NCBI RefSeq assembly: GCF_020745735.1
Contig: NC_083412.1
Span: forward strand, 59,486,320-59,550,319
From: Hemiscyllium ocellatum
Taxonomy: Eukaryota
Length of the DNA: 64,000 bases
Reading direction: 5' to 3'
Position 1 is the first letter of the stretch; every line of letters starts with the position of its first letter. The position numbers and the translations under genes were made by a program. Shown in pieces: positions 38,023 through 49,663 of the stretch. The notes under the pieces were generated by a model. The model was not told the DNA's origin, did no database searches, and saw only the letters and a list, made by a program, of their open reading frames with translations.

Positions 38023-38413
38023 AAACAGGTCATGGGTCAGGTTGGTCAGAACTGGAAGAAGTTGGAGGTTTAATAGTTGAACAGTTTATCAAAGTGGTTT
38101 ATCTGAGCCGTGCCCCAGAGACAGCCTGACCTGCTGAGTGTTCCCAGAATCCGCGAGGTTTTGTTGCTGATTCAGTGTCTGGACAGAATAGACAGGGAGA
38201 GTCTATCCCCATGTCCCAAACCAAGCGGTACAGGTTCACATTGAAGATCATCCGAAACAGAGTCCACATATGGGCTCGGTTTTACCCGCACTGCCCCGGA
38301 CTGGGACAGAGACAGATTTCATCATGAATTTCAAAACATTCTGAAGAGAAACATTTCTCAGAGTTTCCGAATAAGGCGGCTGTCGAACCAGCAGGGACAC
38401 GATGGGCCAAATG

Positions 38414-38610
38414 TCAAGGTGAGAGTGGTGCTGGAAAAGCACAGCAAGTCAGGCAGCATCCGAGGAGCAGGAGAATCGACGTTTGGGACAAAAGCCCTTC
38501 AGCAGCCCTTCATGTCAGGCTCACTGAAGCTCCAGCCTGACCTGATGTGTTTTTCCAGCACCACTCTCATCTTGACTCTGACCCCCAGCATCTGCAGTCT
38601 TCACTTTCGC
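38414..38610. mobile_element. Fold-back Penelope-derived insertion with 16-bp TSD in the V-C1 intron
   Basis: CACGATGGGCCAAATG at 38398-38413 and 38611-38626; inverted arms TCAAGGTGAGAGTGGTGCTGGAAAA / TTTTCCAGCACCACTCTCATCTTGA. Confidence 0.85.
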
Positions 38611-39258
38611 CACGATGGGCCAAATGGCCTGGTTCTGTGCAGTGAGCTTTCTCTGAGAAGATGAAGGGAGAGTGAAATAACTCAATGTGTGAGAGAAGGA
38701 AACAGAAACAGTGCCCAGAATCACAGAGACAGAGCCCACACTGGGATGTTGTGTGGGAGCACAGGGTCTGCCCGGGGGTAACCTGGAATCTTACATTAAC
38801 CACCCACCAGCAACACCTGCTTTTCGATCGGATCCTTTCAGTCCCATCCTTTTCAACACTTAGTTTGAAGAAAACCACCCAAAAGACAAAGCTGAACCCG
38901 AAAGATCCGATTTCCAACAAGTATAATGCCAAATAAAACGAATATGGTCTTGGGAAAAAAATGTTTGTTTATCATTAACTGGGACATCCTGCTCCAAAAA
39001 AAACACAACCCCAGCGCGTGTCGGGACGAAACTGGGTCTCCCCGGTTCTCATTCTGACCCACATTGTGAGGAGGGATCTGTCTCCTGGTGTCGGTGATTT
39101 GGTAATCGGGGTACAATTTATTAAACCCATTCTGCACTGTCCCATTGAGTATCCAAGTTTCAGGCAGTTTTAACCATCCCTCTCCTTGCTACCTGCCGAT
39201 TTCTATTTGCTACAGTGAAGATTGACACAATGTGTGTTGTTTTGATGTGTTTATTTAG

Positions 39259-39558
39259 CGAAACCTGAAATCTATCTGACAGCGGATCCCCAGGATGAAG
39301 GTGTTGGGATACAGACACTGACTTGTTTGGCTGCGGGATTTTTCCCGAGGAATCTGACCATTTCCTGGATTGTTGAGGGGGATGTCTCCTACCAGGAGGA
39401 GCCGGGCTCGCTGACAGTAAACACGGACACCAGTTACAACCTGAGCTCCCGGCTGCGGATTGCAAAGCCCCAGCGGGAGCAGGGAGCCGCCGTCTCCTGT
39501 CACATTCAGCACAGCACCTTCACTGGGTCAGTGAGGACAAGGCTCAGAGCCAGTCCAG
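39259..39558 (+). CDS. VJ-C1-ITIM receptor exon 3: C1-set Ig domain
   Basis: Acceptor TTTATTTAG, donor G|GTAGGT; 300 bp; AKPEIYL...LTCLAAGFFPRNLTISW...TSYNLSSRL...VSCHIQHST has the C1 signature C..GF.P..I...W, Y.L.S.L, C.V.H. Confidence 0.95.
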
Positions 39559-40194
39559 GTAGGTGCCTCACTAATACTGACCACACCACAGGACTCCCAG
39601 TTATAGCCAAGGGGGCTGGAAAATTAACAATTCCATTATAAAACACGCAGTATTGGAGATAGAATAACAGGAAAGAGTCCTTAATTCGTTTCCGGGATAT
39701 CGATATCTGACCATTGATTGCCCATGGCTAATTGTCCATTGGACAGTTAAGAGTCAACCGCTTTCCTTTAGGTGTGGAGTCACATGTAGGTCAGACCAGG
39801 TAAGAACACTTTCCCTCCCGAAAGGCCATTAGATAGGGGTTTCTACAATCGGTACATCCTCATTAGACTCTTAATTCCAGATTTTGTTTTTCTTTGAATT
39901 CAAATTCCCCCAGTTGCCCAGGCAGGATTGGAATCCCGGGTCCCCCGAACATGACCTGGCTCTCTCGATGAGCAGCAGTGCAGTATGTTAGCCGTCTCGC
40001 AAGGCACTCTAAATTCCATTAAAATTAACAGGATGCTAACGCTGAATTTATTGGTAATGATCGGAAATAATGATGTGAATGGAAATGGGCAAAAAATAGC
40101 CCATCGGCTGGGGAGCCGGAGGTGGAAATCTCAAACATTGACCTTTCCCGTGGCACATCGTCACCGCCCTAGAATCGATTCGGAGATGTCGGTG

Positions 40195-40345
40195 TTGGAC
40201 TGGGGTGTACAAAGTTAAAAATCACACAACACCCAGGTCTTTCATCGGACAACCACCTGGTGATGGAGCAGCGCTCCGAAAGCTTGGCTTCCAAGTAAAT
40301 CTGTTGGACTATAACTTGGTGTTGTGTGATTTTTAACTCTGCGCT
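40195..40345. mobile_element. Fold-back remnant of a third Penelope-like family (C); another copy at about 43725-43850
   Basis: Inverted AAGTTAAAAATCACACAACACC / GGTGTTGTGTGATTTTTAACT arms; degenerate hammerhead-like GGAGCAGCGCTCCGAAAGCT. Confidence 0.65.
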
Positions 40346-43300
40346 CGAATTAACTTCCAACATTGTTTTTTATGGACTTTAATTCGGTCGAACAGGTGGG
40401 TTTGCTTCAGTCACCCTGTTAGAGCACACAATAACCTTGAGAAACATTAAAAAAACAGAAGGCAATTCCTAGCTAGTTTCCACCCTTTGTTTTCACACCG
40501 AGCTGTGTCAGAGAGCCCCTCTCTAAGCCACATTTCCAGAGCGGAATCGTTCCCTGCTCCCACACCAGGCGGCTCTCAGTGAAATGTCAGTATTGACTGA
40601 AGAGTAATTCTGGCTTCAGGAATGAAGAGAAAAGGAGCCGCCGGATACAGAACAGGCAGCGTTTATACAGCACTAACCAGAGGGGGAATTATAACTCTGT
40701 AACAGATGTCAGCAGGGCCACATTGACCCAGTTCATTCAGCAGGACCACTGCATTGCTGACAGAGTCACCATGACTTCAGGCCAGACAGGAATACAGGAG
40801 GAAAGGCGGGAATTACAGGGAATGGGAGAAAGTTCCGTCAAACTATCACGGCGACACAAGCAGTGGGCCGAATGGCCTCCTCCTGTGCTCCCATTTATGA
40901 TTCTCTTCAACAGCCACATGCCATTTAGCCGGTTGGCAGGTTCCCAGAGCGTGTGAATAGAATGAACCTGTTATATTCTGTGGGCGACAGCTATTGACAT
41001 CACCCCGCCGCTTCACTCTGTTCTAGGTGTGTACAGGCAGTGATCACAGCTCCTATTACACCACTGTCACTGGCCGGGTGGAGAATAGACCATCTATAAA
41101 TCCCTATTCACATGAGTTTCTTTGGTTCATTACCACAGACCGGTTGGGATTTTAGATGCAGGATCGTAGCCACAAGAAAAGGAAACCCATTCAGTCCATA
41201 CCCACAGCGTGGCTCCTATCCTTCCTTATTAAGGCTCAGGCAGTTAGGTTATCACCCGGATTCCCAAACTTCACCTTTTTGAAAAAAGACTGAGAGAAAG
41301 AAATATCCCTTGCCATGATCTTGAGATTTAAGGGAACGATTGCCAAAGAAACAGCGAGGGGACAGGTTGAAAACGTACAAATGGAGCTACGATCCAACAG
41401 CACCTTTGAAAACCGCTATGAGCCAAATTCTAGTGAGGATTTGCGTGTCAGGCAGAAGCTTAGAACAGGAAACTCATGACCAATTTAAAACTCTTGGAGA
41501 ATGAGTGTGCCGGGCATAGCTATAGACTGGCACTAGTTGGTTGTGGCACAATGTGTTTTTGGTGTGCGCCAAGGCAACAGTGTCATCCTCGCTCAGCAGA
41601 TTACAGAACCAAAATGCTGGAAATCTGATATGAAAACAGAAAATGCTGGCAATTTCTGAAAATGAGGTAGTGTCTCTGGAAAGGAGTCCAACATTGCAGG
41701 TGGTGATCTTTCATCAGAACACTAATGAGAGAGCAGGACTGTAGTGCCTTATTTGGGAATAGAAGTTTGGACGGGAGGAATTATAAAATATATTAATATG
41801 TTAATATGGGCTGTAGTAAATTATTCCCTCTTGGAGGCTGCCTTGGATGGTTTCTGTCTGCAAACTTCAGTATGCAGTTTGAAACCAATCTTGTTAAAAA
41901 TTTGCTATTTTGTGCTGCCATTAAAATAACGACCAGATCAAAAAGACTAAAAAAAACTGACCAACAAAGAAAAGCAGATATGTTGGTCCTAAATGTATGT
42001 CACTTGTCATGAAGTTGCAAGACTGTTGGTTAGGGAAGTGGCTTGTCCTAATAATCTGTAGCTCTATCAATCAAGTACAAATAAACAGTAACAGGGATGA
42101 TTTAGAAATTACAGAAGATGGATGTGAAGCCTGAAGGCACGAACTTTATTCTCAACAATATTTACCCAGTGCCTTTATTTCACTAAACCACTTGAAGCAC
42201 CTCCCAAAAGTCTTATCAGTCAAAATGTAACACTGAATCACATCTAAAAAATCAAATTTAATACATCATACCATCAACCTATTCTCTTTCCAAATCCAGG
42301 CAATTCTGCAACTGAAGCAATTAACATTCAGAAATAAAAAATATAGGTATTTCACAGTAAGTAGTACCGTTATAATCTCACGGAGGCCACAACTGCTTAG
42401 TGAGAGAAAGGGTCTTTGTATTTTGTGAACATGCTCCAAATACCTTTTCATGAAAATACAAATATAAACATCAGTATTTTTGCAGCTTATTTGTCATAAG
42501 TAACTTTGTTGGGAGGAACCGTAAAATAAACACACCTAGAAATGTAACAATCAGAAACGTTAAAAAGCCTTTCTTAGTTGATCACCTCCTGTTTGGAGCT
42601 AATAAAGAATGAAATAATTAATCTTTTGATTTTAGTTCTGTCTTTTAATTGTATTGGTTCTGACTGTCTCCAATTTCAACTTTCAAATTAAATGATCAAT
42701 TATATTGGCAATGTCCAATTTAAGTGAACTAGTTTAAATTTTCTTTTTGGACACAACTGGCAGTTAATAATAGTAACTGACAGTTTGAAACATTGATAGT
42801 TACCATGTCTGCATTGAAAACAAAATATTACAAATCATTTAAAAAAGTAACAGTACAGCTGTATTTCAACAAGTATATTAGGTGAGTTCTGAAAAAGGGT
42901 CACTGGACCCATAATGTTAACTCTGATTCCTCTCCACAAATACTGCCAGACCTGTTGGGTTTTTCCAGCAATTTCTATTTTTGTTTCTGATTTCCAACAT
43001 CTGCAGTTCCTTCGTATGTTTTTTAATTGGAGGAGGGATTGGGAAGAAAAGTAATGGAGGCACACCATGAAGTAAGTTTGAAATTGCCAATAATTTAAAT
43101 AGGTGCTCAATTTACACGGTCCACTTCCAGCCTGTGTAACTGCAGTGGAAAAAGAGGAGTGGGTTCAGTAAACGTTGTTAAACATCAGTTTTCTGCATGC
43201 AAATATGCATGGATGATTCGTTTATTTGTATCTCACCTTGGTAAACTTGTTAGTGGTCACAAAGAGTTTAGAGAATGGAGGTTTAGCAGGCTGACAGTTT

Positions 43301-43779
43301 TAAAAGTTATTTTTACTTAATCTGTATAGCTGTTCAGTGAAAATTGAAAATACTGTAAGAATATCTCTTAGGCTGTTGTGCATAACTATTTTCACAATAC
43401 ATTAAAGGGTAACATCTCCCCTTTATTTCAGTGAAATGATTCTATATGCTGACACAGTGAGATGTGACTTCCCTTCAGGCAGTGACAAAACTACTCATGA
43501 ATAGCATGATTGTAATGATAAAGACTCAATGATGGTATGGAGCTTGTCCTTCAATTAATAAATAATTTCTACACTTTTTGGGGAAATTTTAGTAGAAATG
43601 GGATAATGCATGTAATATTACTGTTACACAACTGGAACTAATTTTGGCATCATTTCTTAATGGCATTCTATTGGATGAAATCTATTTATCCATTTCACAC
43701 AGACAAGTCAACTCAAAAACTTCGAAGTTAAAAATCACACAACATCAGGTTATAGTCCAACAGGTTTAATTGGAAGCAT

Positions 43780-43808
43780 TAGCTTTCAGAGCGCCGCTCC
43801 TTCATCAG
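43780..43808 (-). ncRNA. Minimal hammerhead ribozyme-like motif (family C Penelope repeat)
   Basis: Minus strand reads CTGATGA-A-GGAGC(GGC)GCTCT-GAA-AGCT-A: palindromic AGCT stem III. Confidence 0.5.
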
Positions 43809-44033
43809 GTGGTTGTGGAGTACACAGTTGTAAGGCACAGAATTTATAGCAAAGAATTTATATCAAAAAAATTCAAGTGACAGATAATAAGTATATTTCT
43901 GATTTAACATGTAGGTTAGAGAATATAATTGAAAATTTGAATTTCAAAGTATTGCATATTGTGTAACCATTCTTGATCTTATTTGTAATTAATTATTATT
44001 AATGGTTTGAATTGTTTCAATTGTAATTTGAAG

Positions 44034-44138
44034 GTTTTTCTAAGTATTATTACCTCGGCCTGCTGAGTCTTATCCTTATTGTACCGTTTTGTCTTTGGAT
44101 CATAAAGAGTCAATGCTATAAACAGAAGAATGGAAAAG
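44034..44138 (+). CDS. VJ-C1-ITIM receptor exon 4: transmembrane exon (G)FSKYYYLGLLSLILIVPFCLWIIKSQCYKQKNGK
   Basis: Acceptor TTGTAATTTGAAG, donor G|GTAATC; 105 bp, phase 1-1; about 20-aa uncharged hydrophobic segment followed by a Lys-rich stop-transfer stretch. Confidence 0.8.
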
Positions 44139-44299
44139 GTAATCAGATTTTTTTAAATGGCTGAATATATTGCATTGAAAATAGTGCATAAGTATTACAT
44201 GAAATAATTCTAACAAAAATAACCATTGGAAAAATTCATATTCCACAGGCAATAAGAGCTCAGGATAACAGATAGTTAGCCATCTAGGAGAGCAGGAAA

Positions 44300-47200
44300 A
44301 GACAGAAAGTGCAGGAGTCATCGGTCCTAATGCCACTCTCAAACTGTTTGTCAGTGTTAAGACTATTTCAAGTGATGAGTTATATAACTAGAGCAATGGA
44401 GCCAAATAGTGGAGATTGGGGAAGATAGATCAAATGATGGGAGATATGGTAAATTTAAAGAAACTGACAAGGCAATAGCACAAGGTATTAACATGGGTAA
44501 TGATAATCAGTGTGGCAAGAAGCTTAACATTTAAGATTGCATCATCAAATAAGGCATGCTTTTGCGCAAAAGGCAGAACTAAAAGCTCTGTATCTGAATG
44601 CATTCATAACAAAATGTCAGACAGGAAGAAATATATCTGATTTGATAGCAATTACAGAGGTACGACCACAACATGAGCAAGACTAGGACCTATATATTAA
44701 ACGCTTCAAGATGCTTCAAAAGGACAGGAAGCTCAGAAAAGGTGTTGAGGTAGCTGTGTTAATTAAAAATGAATTTAGTACACAGTAAAAGATAACATTT
44801 GCACTAAAGATCAAGGTGCAGAATCAGTTTCGGTAGAAATAATAGACGGTAAATGTAAGAAGTGCCTTGTGGGAGTATTTTACAGTACTGTACTGTAGGA
44901 TAGAATATACTTGAATATAATGGGGAATTATGCAACAGTTATCAGCATAATCAAAAATGATTTAAATCTACATAGAGATTGAATTAATGAAATTGGCAAG
45001 GCAGCATGGAATATCAGTTCATGTAATGGTCTCAGGGCAGTTTCTTAGAGTCAACCAAAGAGAAAAGTTATTCAAGAACTCATAAGGTGCAATGACAGAA
45101 GACTGACTATTGTTCTGATTGTAAACAAGGCTCCAGGAAGCCAAAGTCAAAACATGATTAAATTTTGTTTTCATTTTGAGGACAACCAAAGTGGGTTGAA
45201 GACTAATGTTTTAAACTTAAATAAAGGCAATTGCAAAAGTGTGAAAGCGGTACTGGCCAGATTGAATTGGGAGATTACGTTAAAGGATAGGACAACATCG
45301 ATGCAGTGGTAGACATTTAATACATCTTTCATCATTATCAGCAAAAATACATTTCAGTGAGAAAGCATTTTGGTGAAGAATTAAAAATTTGTGTACCAGT
45401 AAGGAAGTTTAAGATAATATTAAATTGAAAGAAAAAGTGCACAATTCTACAAAGATTAATCCTAAGTCAGAGTTATTAACAATATATATTAGTGACTTGG
45501 TTGTGGAAAGTGAATGCACTAAAGCCAAATTCATTCATGACACAAAAATAGGTGGGAAGGCAAATGGTGAGGAAGACACAAAGAGTCTGCAAAGGAATAT
45601 AGACAGGCTAGGCAAGTGGGTGAGAAGTTGGTTAATGGAATATAATGTGGGTAAATGTGAGGTTATCAAATTTGGCAAGAGGAAGAGAGGAACTGAATAA
45701 TATTTAAATGGTTAAAAACTGTAGAAAGCTATGGAACAGAGGGATTTGAGAGTTCTTGTCCAAGAATCACAGAAAGCTACCACTCAAGTTGAGCAAGTAA
45801 CAGGGAAGACAAATGGAATTTTGGCCTCTAGTTTAAAGGGGGAGGAGAATAAATATAGGGAGATTTTGCTAAAATTGTGCAAGGCACGAGACAGATCACA
45901 GATTGAATGTTGTGAACAGTTTTGGTTCCCTTATCTATGGAAAGATGTACTGACTTTGGGGGCAGTTCAGGGAAAGTTCACAAGGCTGATATCAAGTACG
46001 AAGGGACTATGTTCTGTAGTGAGGATTGTGCCTGTATTCATTGGAATATAGAAGAATGTGAGATAACCTTAATGAAACATATACATTCTTAGGAGACTTG
46101 ACAGGTTAGACGCAAGAAGATTGTTTCACCTTTTGGGAGAATCTAGGACCAGAGGGTATGATCTCAGGATAGATCAGAGATGCGGAGAAATTTCTTCTCT
46201 CAGTGGGTAATGAGGCTGTAGAATTCTTTGCCACAATAGACTATCGAGGCTATATATACTCAAGGCTGAGACAGGCAGGCTTTTAATTAATGAAGGAAGT
46301 GAGGGTTGTAGGGAAGTGTTAGGAAAGTAGATTTGAGGGTCATCAGACAAGTCGTGATCTCATTGGATGGCCTGCTTCTGTTCCTATGTCTTAGGATTTT
46401 ATGATCTAAATTGAGACGGAATTCTGAAACAAAGAATGACAAAAAAACTGGATGAATTTAGAATATGAGAGAAAGCTAAGTAGGAATATAAAAACAAATC
46501 GTAAGACTTTCTACCAGAATTTGAAAAGGGAAAGAAGAAAGTGAGCATTGTTCCACTAGCAGGGGGAAGAATGCGGAAAAAATGGGAACTAAAGAAATGA
46601 TTGGAAGGGTGAACCAACATTTTGTGTATGTTTTCAATGGAGAAGGCACAAATAGCATTTCAGAAATACTTGAAAACCAGGAGCTGAAAGGGAGAGAGGA
46701 ACTTAAAACAATGCAATTATAATCACTAAGGAAAACATACTGAAAAAACAGTGGCTCTGTGGTTAACACTTTAGCCTCGCTGTGTCAGGGAGGATAGGTT
46801 TAATTTCAGTCTGTGTGGAGTTTGCATGTTTTCACTCTGTCTGCGGGTGCTCCAGTTTCCTCCCACAGTCCAAAGATGTGCAGTTTAGCTGGATTAACCA
46901 TGCTAAATTGCCCATAGTGTCCAGGGATGTGCAGGTTAGGTGGACTAGCCATGGGCATCGTAGGGTTACAGGGATGGGGTGGGTCTGAGTGGGATGCTCT
47001 TTGGTGGTTCAATAGGCTGAATGACCTGATTTGCCACTGCAGGGATTCAATGATTCTATGAAAACAAATGTAACAGAAAGCTTAAAAGTCCCTAATGCAC
47101 AGTGGTATGGTCTTAAAGGAAATGCTGATGAAATAATTGATGTATTGATTCGAATTTTGTAAAGTTTGTTGGATTCTGGAAAGAGCTGAAAAATGTGTTA

Positions 47201-48990
47201 CTGGAAAAGTGCAGCAGGTCAGGCAGCATCCAAGGAGCAGGAGAATCGACATTTTGGGCATAACCCCTTCTTCAGGAATGAGGAAAGTGTGCCAAGCAGG
47301 CTAAGATGAAAGGTGGGGAGGAGGGACTTGGGGGAGGGGTGTTGGGAATGCGATAGGTGGAAGGAGGTTAAGGTGAGGGTGATAAGCCGGAGAGGGGCTG
47401 GGGGCGAAGAGGTCGGGAAGAAGATTGCAGGTCAAGAAGGCGGTGCTGAGTCCGAGAGTTGGGACTGAGATATGGTGGGGGGAGGGGAAATGAGGAAGCT
47501 GGAGAAATCTGGATTCATCCCTTGTGGTTGGAGGGTTCCTAGGTCGAAGATGAGGCACTCTCCTCCAGGCATCGTGTTGCCATGGTCTGGTGATGGAGGA
47601 GGCCAACACCTGGATGTCCTTGGCGGAGTTAAAGAGAGAGGGAGTTAAAGTGTTCTGCCACGGGGTGGTTGGGTTGTTTGGTGCGGGGGTCCCAGAGGTG
47701 TTCTCTGAAACGTTCTGCAAGTATGCGGTCTGTCTCCCCAATGTATAGGAGGCCACATTGGGTGCAGCGGATGCAGTAAATGATGTGTGTGGAGGTGCAG
47801 GTGAATTTGTGACTGATATGGAAGGATCCCTTGGGGCCTTGGAGGGAAGTGAGGTGGGAGGTGTGGGCGCAAGTTTTGCATTTCCTGCAGTTGCAGGGGA
47901 AGGTGCCAGGAATGGAGGTTGGGTTGGTGGGGGGTGTGGACCTGACGAGGGAGTCGTGGAGGGAGTGGTCTTTCCAGCACACTGATAGGGGAGGGGAGGG
48001 AAATATAGCCTTGGTGGTGGGGTCTGTCTGGAGGTGGCAGAAATGACGAAGGATGATACGATGTATCTGGAGATTTGTGGGGTGGTAGGTGAGGACCAGT
48101 GGGGTTCTGTCCTGATGGCGATTGGATGGGCAGGTTCAAGGGCGGGGGAGCGGGAAGTGGAGGAGATGCGGTGGAGAGCATCGTCAGCCATGCCACCACC
48201 AACCTCCAGATACTGCATCCGCTGCACCCGATGTGGCCTCCTATACATTGGGGAGACAAGCCGTCTACTTACAGAACGTTTCAGAGAACACCTCTGGGAC
48301 ACCCTCACCAACCAACCCAAACGCCCCGTGGCAGAACACTTTAACTCCCTCTCCCACTCTGCCAAGGACATGCAGGTCCTTGGCCTTCTCCATCGCCAGA
48401 CCATTGCAACACGACGCCTGGAGGAAGAGCACCTCATCTTCTGCCTCGGAACCCTCCAACCACAAGGGATGAATGCAGATTTCTCCAGCTTCCTCATTTC
48501 CCCCCGCCCACCTTATCTCAGTCCCAACCCTCAGACTCAGCACCGCCTTCTTGACCTGCAATCTTCTTCCCGACCTCTCCGCCCTCACCCCCTCTCTGGC
48601 CTGTCACCTTCACCTTAACCTCCTTCCACCTATAGCATTCCCAATGCCCCTCCCCCAAGTCCCTCCTCCCTACCTTTTATCTTAGCCCGCTTGGCACACC
48701 TTCCTCATTCCTGAAGAAGGGCTCATGCCCGAAATGTTGATTCTCCTGCTCCTTGGATGCTGCCTGACCTGCTGCGCTTTTCCAGCAATACATTTTTCAG
48801 CTCTGATCTCCAGTCCCCATTTCTCCTAGTGGATTCTGGAAAGGTCTCAACAAACTGGAAAATAGTCAACAAAGCTTCTCTGGCAAGAAAGGGAGGAAAA
48901 AGAAAATAAAACAGTACATGCCTATTGGCCTAACATCTGCCACAGGGTAAATACAAGATTCATTTCAATAAGTTGCAGCTCACACCTCAC
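44300..48990 (+). mobile_element. Old fragmented CR1 LINE, interrupted by an HE1 SINE (about 46752-47055) and a Penelope element
   Basis: ORFs 45425-45700 and 45731-46051 with DTKIGG, MEYNVGKCEV, QFWFPYL remnants. Confidence 0.7.
47184..48829. mobile_element. Large fold-back Penelope-like element with 14-bp TSD
   Basis: TGGATTCTGGAAAG at 47170-47183 and 48830-48843; minus-strand arm to about 48190, plus-strand arm from about 48205, about 600 bp mutually complementary; GIY-YIG region YCIRCTRCGLLYIGET. Confidence 0.9.
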
Positions 48991-49604
48991 CAGTACCTGG
49001 ATAAATGTTCTCAGAGAAAAACATGACAGTGGCTGTGGAAGATTTAAATTAAACTCACAGGGAAATGGGCAGCAGGATGCAAAAGTGGCAAAACAACATA
49101 ATGTACATTCACTGAGAATGATGGATAGAACCAGAGAGGAAGTGCTCCCATGTTGAATAGGAGATGACTAAGAAGGACTACAAGGAATACTATGACATTT
49201 TGAATGCCCACACTTAAAAAGGCAAAGTCTAGTCAATAATGTTGATGAGCCACAAGCACAAGCTGTGTGAGAATTTGATGTATTGGCAATAACAAACATG
49301 GCTTATAAACTGTGAGGACTGGCTACAAAATATTCAAGGAGAAAGAGTGTTCAAAAATATATGAAAGGGAGGCAAGGCAATGGCACTGGGTCAGGAAGAC
49401 ATCTTAGTCTTGGAGACAGAGGGTAGAATGTATTTGCATTGAATTGAGAAGTTAGAAAGGTATGACGTGTGCATTTTCTTACCCAGGGTGATTGTCCAAA
49501 TTGACCAAGAAGTTGCGATTATAGGCTACTTTTATGGTTGAATTTCATTTATAGGTACCATTGTACTTCATAGTAAGACAGTTCTAACATTGAAATACTT
49601 ACAG

Positions 49605-49663
49605 ATTCATCATCCCATGGTAAAGATGTTGATGATCAAGTAATGGAAAAATCAGAATGTGCA
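49605..49663 (+). CDS. VJ-C1-ITIM receptor exon 5: cytoplasmic linker (D)SSSHGKDVDDQVMEKSECA
   Basis: Branch-like TTCTAAC then TTACAG acceptor, donor GTAAGT; 59 bp, phase 1 to 0, exactly bridging the TM exon (phase 1) and last exon (phase 0). Confidence 0.7.

Noticed and set aside
37490-39558. Germline-joined shark Ig light chain or TCR gene
   Set aside because: Sharks do have germline-joined Ig clusters, but the J-like motif is QGNGT rather than FGxGT, the C strand lacks WYQQ-type residues, C1 ends in a phase 1 donor with no terminal interchain Cys, and the downstream TM is uncharged with an ITIM tail.
41744-42012. ORFs 41744 and 41806 as the receptor's TM exon
   Set aside because: Hydrophobic runs are broken by Lys/Asp/Glu and lack compatible splice sites; 44034-44138 fits far better.
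43453-43493. RSS-like CACAGTG with ACAAAACTA downstream
   Set aside because: Spacer is 25 bp (non-canonical), nonamer is imperfect and no gene segment abuts it.
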